Source: Basidiobolus meristosporus CBS 931.73 (lineage: Eukaryota > Fungi > Basidiobolomycota). From it: a stretch of 64,000 nt of DNA. Shown here in pieces: positions 13,278 to 22,934 of this stretch. Positions within the stretch are counted from its first letter, which is position 1, and every line of letters begins with the position of its first letter. The DNA is taken from positions 1 through 64,000 of the forward strand of contig MCFE01000084.1 in the NCBI GenBank assembly GCA_002104905.1, given 5' to 3'. A program made the position numbers and the translations under genes. The notes beneath the pieces were generated by a model that was not told where the DNA came from, ran no database searches, and was given only the letters and a program-made list of their open reading frames with translations.

Positions 13278-14968
13278 ATGGTGTTGATCCTCTCATTATT
13301 ATCCATTGTGCTGTTCCTTGTATGGGTCAGATACTTCAAGAATTCACATTATGCGCATTTCCCCGGACCAAAAGGAATCCCCATATTCGGCAACCTATTT
13401 CAGATTCACTGGATGGAGATTGCACGTGATCTCGAGAGCTGGAGCTGGAAATATGGGCCTGTCTACCGCTTCAACCTGATTCACAGACCGTTCCTTGTAG
13501 TCTCCGACATACAGACATGCCACGAGATCTTAAAGGCAAGACCTGACGGGTTCTCTCGCGGGACAGGCTTATCTAGCGCAGCGCAGGAGCTCAATATTGA
13601 TGGGCTTTTTTCTCAGGAAGGCGATGAGTGGAGGCATTCAAGATACTGGATAGCAAATGCTTTCTCCCCAACCAAGGTGCGCGAGTTCAAGAAGTGTGTA
13701 TGGTTCCACTCCAAGAAGCTGCAAGAAAGGCTCCGCAGTTTGTCCGAAGAGCAAGCGAGAGTGCTGGCCTTGCAGCGCTGCGAGAGTGCCGACTCGAGCG
13801 AGTCGAAATTCCCCATCAGGAATAGCTATGATGGCAATGATCTGACCGAGAGCATCCTCAATGAGATCCAGTCAGCAGTCCTTTCGATTGTTTGCGATGT
13901 ATCCTTCTCATGGGGAGAGGAGAACTTCCTCTCTCATGATATCCTGAACAGAAGTAAGATATTCCTCTCTCGCATGTTTGAGCGAGCATTCTCCATGTTC
14001 CCGACCTGGAAATTCTACAAAAACGAGAGGGATGTTATTGCTGAGAGTACAAGTGCCGAGTTTACCCACCGGATTCAGGCTTTGATTGATAGGGGCTACA
14101 AGCATCAGGAAAACCGAGACTCTCGGACCCTACTTGAGACGCTGATCAAGAGCACTCTTGAGGCGGACGGGGACTCCACCGACTTGTCTGAGAAGCGTCG
14201 TCGTATGCATCGCCTTACACACGCCCAGATGAAAGCCAACTTGTTGACTGTGGTAATGGCAGGATATGGTGAATACTGGCTTTCTGGATTCTCCCCACTC
14301 TGTTGAACAGCTCTAACCATTCCCCTCGAACAGAGACCACTGCAACGGTGATGAGCTGGGTTCTCTACGAGCTTGCCAAGAACCCACAGTATCAGGATAG
14401 GATAAGAGCGGAGGTGCAGCAAGCGTTTGGTGATATCAACCAGCTGGACATTGAGCAGGACTTGACTATCATCGAGAAAGTCCTGAACTCCCCGGATATT
14501 CACCTTCCCTTTGTCAACGCCATCATTCAGGAGTCTCTCCGTATCCATTCAGTTGCACCAGTATTTCAATTTAGCGCGCTCAAGGACCACGACATCCAGG
14601 GACTAAAAATCAGCAAAGGAACCGAGATATTCCTCCTTACTCGGGTTGCGACCCTACGATCATGGCCAACTGCGGATCCCTTCAGGTTCAATCCGGAGCA
14701 ATGGCTTGGGGAGAATGGTGAAAGCGAAAGCCAGATCAAAACCATGAACAAGCTGGGCCTAGCATTTGGATTTGGACCTCGTGTATGTCCAGGACGGCAC
14801 CTAGCTGAAACTGAACTAATCGTCTTGACTTCCTTGATCGTTGCCAGCTTTCAATTATCATTGATCAGTACACCACCAGCCGAAGAGCCAGTCATGGAAA
14901 AACAAATCTTTACTATGTATCCAGCAAACCTGCGTATTCGTATCGAGCCTATCATCCTAAATAAATAA
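13278..14968 (+). CDS. Cytochrome P450, copy 3 (exons 13278-14268 and 14334-14968; 541 aa)
   Basis: Same exon structure as copies 1 and 2. The 65-nt intron (14269-14333) is nearly identical to that of copy 2. AGYETTAT, ESLR and FGFGPRVCPG are all present. Confidence 0.95.
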
Positions 14969-14980
14969 AACCTCTGCTGA

Positions 14981-15367
14981 TTACAAGTGTATGAAATAAA
15001 CGGCTAAGTCAGGGCAGATGATGGAGTAGCGACTTTGCCAATTCGGGATAGAGCCCAAATCGTTGAGTCCAGTCAAGCGGGAGCAGGTTGGACCAGATAG
15101 CATACTTTCCACACATCCAAATCCCCAATAGAACTTGAATGAGTGCTCACCAGGAATGTTCAGTGTGACAAAGCGATCCTCAAGGCTCAATTCTGATCTA
15201 GCCCTGACCCATCTGAATTTGGAACCGGATGTTCGGATCTCCCCGACCAAATCGTTGTTGCTTCCAATCAACATCAGATTCAGGAACAAGGAGCCATTGT
15301 CATCATATTCACATGCAGGATCTTTGGATACGATCAGTTGCCATTCATCTATTACCTCATAGAACAA
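14981..15367 (-). CDS. Possible last exon of an unidentified gene convergent with P450 copy 3
   Basis: 128-codon minus-strand ORF in non-CpG-depleted sequence, ending 13 nt from the P450 stop. No recognisable motif, and no convincing upstream exons were found. Confidence 0.2.
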   Translation of the reverse strand: MFYEVIDEWQLIVSKDPACEYDDNGSLFLNLMLIGSNNDLVGEIRTSGSKFRWVRARSELSLEDRFVTLNIPGEHSFKFYWGFGCVESMLSGPTCSRLTGLNDLGSIPNWQSRYSIICPDLAVYFIHL

Positions 15368-17301
15368 CAGTCTCAGGATTCAAGAATAGACACCAATCAT
15401 CCCCATCGTCCAGATGATGGCTTGGCCTCCATCAATAGATGACCTGAGGAGGTTTCATGGAAGTCGGGATATCTTCCGAGACTATCGTGCGACTCGCATT
15501 ACTCAACCACTCTTAGCGCCGTGGGTTCTAGTTCGATACCCACCGATTATTGGTCCACGGCTCTATTGGTGGCATGGTGCCACCTAACGATCTCCGCAAT
15601 CCTCGAGTTCTTGTGCCTCCGCCGATGATTGAACACAGACGGGATTTGTGCCTGTTGAGATGATATCTTAGACGAATTAACTCAGCTCGACAGTTTATTA
15701 TTCTATCCTTCATGAGGCAGAGTAATGGGAGATATCACGTGCTCGCTGACTTGTTGACCCCTAGCTGGGTCCCACTGAGGTGCAATTCCACTTGCAATCA
15801 AGAGAGTATTGAGCCAAGATCATGGCATATGCCCATATACCTATGGTACTGGAATGGGCTGCACTGTTTAGATACCTGGAGATGGAATAGAGTATCTGGG
15901 TGTAAGTAGGCCTGTTTATTTACAGCTATAGATGAGGCCTGGGTATCAGAGGTGCCAGCAAGGTCGTGGAAGTAAGGGGAGTAGGCTCCGGAAGAGGTTT
16001 GTAGTTATTCATTTTATGAGGATTTTTGAAAACCCAGTAGTGTCAACAATCTCGTTTGCCCATGGTAGCTGTAATGCATATAGCCATTATTACGTGGACT
16101 TTATATATAGCCAGGGCTGTGCAGCAACTTGGTGCTAAACTTAAGGATACCATTTACTGACTCATCGCTAGTTTGTTGTGCAGCGTAGCCAGTGCTCTAA
16201 AAGGTGAAGTGGTATCCCCTCATGCCCATGTTTGGATTGGGATACCCCCCCCAACAATCACATAGAATCTGCCTGCTCTCAGCTTGAACACCACAGACAA
16301 CCTTATCAGGAAGAAAAACCCACCAAAGCCACCAAGAGGCTACCATGAGAGAGCACTGTTGCCACTGGGCAAGGCTGTTCCGTAGCAAAATCCCTCTTCA
16401 CTTCAATGGCAGTTGTGAACTTGATGCCATAGATTTCATGCTAAAAAGGTGGCGCAAAATGCGAACCAAGTAAATATTTGGGAATCCAGGTTTTCCCTTC
16501 CAACCACGCCAGGAATCTCTGAATATTGATGACCATTTAACCGCACGATGAACGTGCACACAACTCCAATATCCTTCTTTCGCATCCAGCACTTCATTAC
16601 GACTAGTCTGGAGCCATCTCAGTCTGCCGAAAGGGAGGCTAGACAACTTCCCAGTTTCACCCGTATATGAGCATAGATAGCTGTGTATATCTGGGATAAG
16701 AGCATGGATCGCTCGTGGAAAGGCCAATGCATATCCAATTCTTACAAGTACACCCGTATACCTCGCTGGATCCCATTTTTCTTTTCGAATTCATTATAAG
16801 TCGTGATGTAGCGGTTTTCGGCTGTTTGTACCCAGGATTGAGGGTAACTTGACGGATGCTGCCCTACACATATACGCTACTCTTTTTAAAGAAAAGCCCA
16901 GCAACCCTCGACCGAAGCTTGCTGAGTCCCACATCCGTAAGTACGTGATACGGAACCCACTGATCAGTGATCCTGGTGCGAAGTTTAGTCAAATCAGAAT
17001 GCCATCGTTGCGGGCCATAGTTTCCTAAAACCTCAATCATGCGACAAACAATCCACCCTTGTTCTATTAATAGAGGATAATGGGCAATTGGAATCTTCCG
17101 TTGAATCCAGAAGTATTTTAGTACGACATCACCCATTAAAATCGCCAAATCATACGTGAGGGATATCAGCATAAAAAGGGTGACTTGAAAAGGCCATCAA
17201 ACAGGTGATATCAATTTCTAATTTCGAGGGCTGGTGTATAGACACACTTCACTCGCTATCTCGACATATCAGTGATAGTTGGAAAAGATTTCTGCATTGT
17301 A

Positions 17302-20300
17302 ATGAATCCCAGTTTGCCCACGAGAGCGAAAGCTTTGTTCCCATATGAGTCGGATGTGTCCGGGGACTTGACTTTTGAAAAGGAGGAAATCATCCAAGTG
17401 CTTGGAAGAGGTGAGTTGGTGCTTAGTGTTTCGGTGCTTGGTATTGTGTTTGTGGATGCAGCCTCCGTGAGAGCCACTCTACCAGATAATGCCGGGTGTG
17501 TGTAGAGTGGGTTGCTAACTTGTGCTCCTTTCGCCAACTCCTAATGTAGAAGATGAAAACTGGTGGAAAGGGAAAATTGGTGCCCGTATTGGAGTATTTC
17601 CAAAGAACTTTGTTGAGCCCCTGTACGTTTTGGCCACGCCTTTTTGCTTTTGTATTGCCTACTTACCCTTCCTTCTAGCCCCGAGGAGCCGGTGGCTGCT
17701 CCCCCTCCTCTACCACCCCGCAAGCCGGAGGAGAGCCCCGTACCACCAAAGCCTGACCTATGGAGAAGTAACACAGTGAACCTCCAGGCGAAGGGAAGAA
17801 ACCTCATGCGAAGTAACACCTTGGCTGCCGACCAATATTCTGCACCTGTCTTAGATCGCGCTTTAAGAGGTAACGAGACTTACCAAAGATACGGCGGAGA
17901 AGAAACTAGCAAAAAGCTGGCTGGGTTTGCTCATTCCAACAGTGACAATATACGTAGATTTAATGAAGAAGCCGGCAATCCCTTATTGAAGAGAAACGCC
18001 ACTTTGAATGAGCGGAATCTCAACCAGGCCAGGTCATTCCTAGACAAGGTGCCGGCGCTGCCCGGTAATGGAGGTGGATCCCCTCCCCCACCTTTACCAC
18101 CAAAGAATGCTTTCTCTGGCCCGGAGCGTACCTTTGGCAGCAGAGATACGCACACTCCAAGCCAACCCCCCCTCCCTAGCTCTGCACAAAGACTGCCATT
18201 AGCAACCCCACCACCCCTACCTTCCAACGGCCGGCCGGGTGGATCCACTTTACCTTCAATTCAAAGGCTGCGACAATCCAAAGGGATCTCGGGCGAATCT
18301 TCAGAGAGCGAGGATTCCAGCACACCTAATCCTGAGTTGGCAACAGCTCCTAGGCCAACACCCAGAGCACGCTATGAGCCCCCTCCACCCATGAGACCTG
18401 GCTCGTCTCCTACTCCAGAACCAGAACCAGTTCCTAGACCCTCATCAAGATCGGCATACCCACCACCACCGGGATTGAGGCCCACATCCGCGACCACACC
18501 TGAGCCTGAGCCGGTTCCTAGACCCTCATCAAGGTCGGCATACCCGCCGCCACCAGTGTTGAGGCCCAACTCTATGTCTTCATCTGAACCAGAGCCAGTT
18601 CCTAGACCATCATCAAGATCGGCATACCCGCCACCACCGGTATTGAGACCCGGTTCTATGTCACCTCCTGAGCCAACACCGGTACCCAGGCCCTCAACAA
18701 GATCTGCATACCCACCACCACCGGTATTGAGGCCAGCATCGACGACCGCATCTGAGCCAGAGCCAGTTCCTAGACCGTCCTCAAGGTCTGCATATCCTCC
18801 GCCTCCAGCACAAAGACCAGCATCTGTGCCTTCACCTGAGCCCGCTCCGGTGTCTAGACCCTCATCAAGATCGGTGTACGATCCGCCCCCGGTATTAAGA
18901 CCCAACTCAACGCCTACACCTGAGCCAACACCTGCTCCGCGAGTGTCATCCAGATCAGTGTACGAGCCCCCAGCGGGCATAAAACCCCCTCCTGCATCTA
19001 CAGCTCGGCCGGCACCAGGCCGTAGTCCCGCATACGACCCTTACCCAGCACCAACAACTACTCATAAATCTACCCAAGAGCCATCTCCCACTCCAAGCTT
19101 TGCATCTTCAGTATCTAGCTCAAGACCGACTCCCAAGCCTGCCTCGGTCAATACACAAAGATCTACCCCAGCAACTACACCAAAAGCTCCGCAAGGAAAT
19201 CCAGCCTCACCCGATCGTGCCTCTCCTGCTCGTTCGGGTACCAGATCTCCATCGCCTACCCTGGATGTCAGCCAAGGTGGGTCTATCATGGATAGAATCA
19301 AAAGACTACAGAACTCCGGCGTACGAGAAACAGAAGGGGAGGTGAATCGCAGCTCCACTCTTCGCCGGTACCCACTGTTCAAAGAAGAAAAGCCCAAACC
19401 TGTAGTGCCCGAGCCGCAACCGGAACCAGCGCCGGAACCAGAACCACAACTAGAGCCGGAATCACTGGCAAATGAGCCTCCTGCAGGAGAAGTTACCTAC
19501 GCGGAGGTCTTGTATGACTTTGTTGGAACGGAAGCCGACGATTTGTCCCTAACAGCTGGTGACAAGATCAGCGTTATCGAAAAATGTAATTGCCCGAGCA
19601 CAGTGAGATTTCCCATTCTCCCTTACCTGTATTAACACGTTACGTACCATTTTTAGTCGACGTGAATTGGTGGTTGGGCGAGCACAACGGAACGCGTGGA
19701 AACTTCCCTTCGAACCATGTCCGAGAGATGTAAGTCGGTTGGGCTGCTGTTGACCATTTCTGCAACCACTCACCCTCGTTCTGCCTGTAGCAAGAGCCCT
19801 GCAAAGCAAGCACCCAGGGGTGCCAATGGCCTGCATAGCGTGGCTGCCGAGATTCAATCGAAATTCCGCCAAGAGAGAGCTACTTCTCCCCCAAGCAAAG
19901 GGTACGTAGCAACCATGCTTCCATGCCAATGGCATTCACCAATCTAACATGTTCTTCTAGTCAGTAGGTCTCCCGCCTGGACAGGAGAAGTGCAGTACTA
20001 ATTCAATCATTCTAATGAAATAGCAGTGGATACGCCCAAGACAGAACATTTGAAGATCCCCTCCAAGCCGCGGGGTGTTACAGCAAGAGCCTTGTTCGAT
20101 TACAACGCGTCGCAAAGCGACGAGATCTCATTCCAGCCTGGGGACCTGATCACCAATGTCTACAAAATCTCCGAAGACTGGTGGTGTGGAACGCACCCGG
20201 TTCATGGAACCGGAACCTTCCCGTTGAATCACGTCGAGATACTGTAAGAGCAATGAGCATTTGGAAATTGATTCCCACTCGCATTCGTCTTACTGAGTGA

Positions 20301-22350
20301 TTTGTTGCAGGTCGAATGGCGATTCCGAGTCCACCACTTCGACGACCAAGCAGCCGGCGCCTATCAACAGCGATCCTGTCCAGTCATCCGAGCCCAAGAA
20401 GGCGGCCCCGATTTCGAGCCCTGCGGCAAACAACGTAGACACTCGGGCCCCTGGCATCCGCGCTCAAGCGATGTATGATTTCACCGGCTCCATGGAGGAC
20501 GAGCTAACCTTCTCGGAAGGTGACATTGTGGTGGATATAGACAAAGAGTCGGCAGACTGGTGGTGTGGGACACACTCGGTGAGCAAACGTCGCGGCCTAT
20601 TCCCCGCCAATCACGTGCAAGAGATGTAAGTTTCACCGGGCATACTTTTCGCAGGGGACGAGCCGAGCATAATGTTAATCTGTACATAGTGGCGAGGAGG
20701 ATGTCCATGATTATTGGGTTCCAGGGTTTCCGCCATGGAAGGATGTCACCGAATCGAGTCACTCAATGCTAGTGTTCGAAGGTAACCATATCCTGAATAA
20801 ACGTGAGAACATCATAGAGACTTACTTAACATGTACTATGCGGAAAAGAGGCGGACTTCGTGGAGGTGGATCGGCACGCTAGGGATACCCCACGTGAGAT
20901 GACCTACTCGATCGGTAGGCTGGCGGACTACCTGGTCAGGCCTTTCGATTCGGAGCTTCTGCGAGTGCGAAGCATATTTGTTTGGATTGCTGATGTGAGT
21001 CAACTGTGTAGACCGTTGTTTGCCTGGACATTGATTCACCAACCTCTCCACCGTGCAGAACATTACCTACGACGTGGAGGGCTTCTTTTCTGGCCGGGTT
21101 TCCAGTCAGGCCGCGGATGATGTTCTGAGATCTAGGCTCTCGGTGTGCGAAGGGTATGCTAGTCTGTTCCAAGCCATGTGCGACCTTACTGGAATCTACG
21201 CGCAGAAGATTCACGGATACAGTCGAGGTAATGATTTGGCTGTCGCGGGCATGTCCTAGTCTATTGGTACTGAGTCTTTTGTTTGTCACCAAGGTGCTGG
21301 CATCAACCCTCTTGTCGAATCCACGTCGCCATTGAGCAGCAATCATGCATGGAATGTTGGTACGTAGGCTAGTGGGAAATGTGCGCCCCGCCTCGGGTCA
21401 GCTAAACTAACGGCACTTGCTTCTAGTGCGCATCCAAGGTGTTTACAGGATGGTCGATAGCACTTGGGGAGCAGGTAAGTCAGCCACTCATCTGGATAGG
21501 GGCTGCTGTACTAAGTGTCGCTTCCCCAGGCCACCTGAAGGGATCGACTTTTTGCAAGGAATTCAATCCGTTCTACTTTATGACACCACCTTCCCTCTTC
21601 ATTGTCAACCATCTACCAATCGACTCTCCACACCAACAGTTCATCTCTCCACCTGCCACGGAAGATGAATTCAGACGCCTGCCATTCGTCTCTCACGCCT
21701 TTATTTCATTGGGCTTAAGGTTCCTCAACTGCCCGCAAAACCTGATGACCATTGATAGGAACACCCCTCTTCCCCTGGAGTTCAATCTGGGGCTCTCCAA
21801 AATATGCCGAATCAAAGCGACCATGAACACTACTCACAGTTGTGCGGAGAATGCCACCACAGTCCAGGTAGACCATTCCAAGAGCACTGCGACCGTTAGT
21901 GCATATCCGCCATCGGTCGGGGAGTGGAAACTCGAGTTCTTCGGACAGTCCGACCTCAGTGTAAACGCGATGCCGGGCCTCTGCACCGTTTATCTCCATG
22001 TCGAGTCGTTGCCATACACTGAGCCCCCATGTTTCTGCACGCAGTATGCCGTGGATCCCCAGTACAACTTCTCCATCCGCGGCCCGTTGTTGCAAAACCT
22101 CCCTCTGCATCAGAGCCAGGACTTTGGAGTGTTCTTGTGGACAGAGAAGCAACACAAACTCCCGAAAGTCGTCCTGATCTCGCCCAGGAACAACTTCCAT
22201 GATCTCCACCCCCAGATAGTGAGCCGCGACCAAGTGGAGTACGTGGCAACCGGTGTCCGGTTGAATGAGCCAGGCTCCTGGCGGGTCGGATATCAGCCGT
22301 TGGGCGCAGGCACTAGCTACCAAGTGATTGCAAGTTACACCTGTCGCTGA
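17302..22350 (+). CDS. Multi-SH3, proline-rich, transglutaminase-like (Cyk3/KY/hillarin-type) protein; ~13 exons, ~1380 aa if a single gene
   Basis: Hand-spliced exons: 17302-17410, 17550-17622, 17679-19585, 19657-19729, 19791-19901, 20024-20243, 20311-20625, 20690-20781, 20849-20994, 21059-21227, 21294-21359, 21427-21474, 21530-22350. Four SH3 domains (ALFPY..DLTF..ENWWKG..GVFPKNFV; VLYDF..DLSL..NWWLG..GNFPSNHV; ALFDY..EISF..DWWCG..GTFPLNHV; AMYDF..ELTF..DWWCG..GLFPANHV). TGase-like core RVRSIFVWIADNITYD..SVCEGYA..NHAWNV..MVDSTWGAG..FYFMTPP..NHLP. All junctions are in phase except 19901/20024, which is off by one base. Confidence 0.82.
18331..19002 (+). repeat. Coding tandem repeat: 8 units of 84 nt (28 aa), consensus PEPEPVPRPSSRSAYPPPPVLRPxSxxx
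   Basis: Equivalent positions recur 84 nt apart (for example 18421 and 18505). The six central units are closest to consensus; the first and last are degenerate. Confidence 0.9.
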
Positions 22351-22934
22351 GAGGCCTCGGGCTCTCTTACCCTGAACCACAGCGGCTACTTTGAAGTATC
22401 TCCGTTGCACATCACCCCAGCCCCCTATTTGACCAGAAGGAACCTAAACCACATCTAGCCACAATAAAGATATCACGTTATTTAGCACCCACATGCTTGG
22501 TATCCAAGCTCTACCAGAGAGTGTGGGCTCTTAGGTTGTCTACGCTCTTTGAAGAGAGAAGGACCTGTCCTAACATGGGATACCGATTTGGCCAGAAGTC
22601 AGGTGGTTTATTGTCTGGAATGTAGCAGTGCTCTAAGTGGCTCATCGATCAGCTCCCGCAATCCATCTGAAGACATTCATGCATGTAACCAGTTTCACCC
22701 AACACTACTTCCAAGTGACCTACTTCATCAGCTTTACACACCTATGTCCTCATTGTCATCATTCCAATCAATGAGCGCAATTCGGTTCCACTGCATGCAG
22801 TCACTTGTTCATGCGATTGAGGGTAACCATCTTCTTAATTTGCCAACGACATTGCGATTCTAGGGGGCCTTCCGGCGATCGAAATACCTCGAAATCCGTA
22901 CCAACCCTACTCTCCTCCACTTCTATCGACCTTT

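Noticed and set aside
16398-16727. LDAKEGYW resembling a reverse-transcriptase motif
   Set aside because: No downstream RT motifs (PFGL, YxDD) in any frame nearby.
18331-19002. Regularly spaced repeats considered as a CRISPR-like array
   Set aside because: They are in-frame 84-nt coding repeats with no unique spacers, inside a eukaryotic exon.
21715-22410. 231-aa antisense ORF, and similar antisense ORFs at 100-699, 5078-5593, 10818-11303, 18372-18980 and 23058-24194
   Set aside because: Shadow frames opposite GC-rich real genes or repeats, with no motifs of their own.
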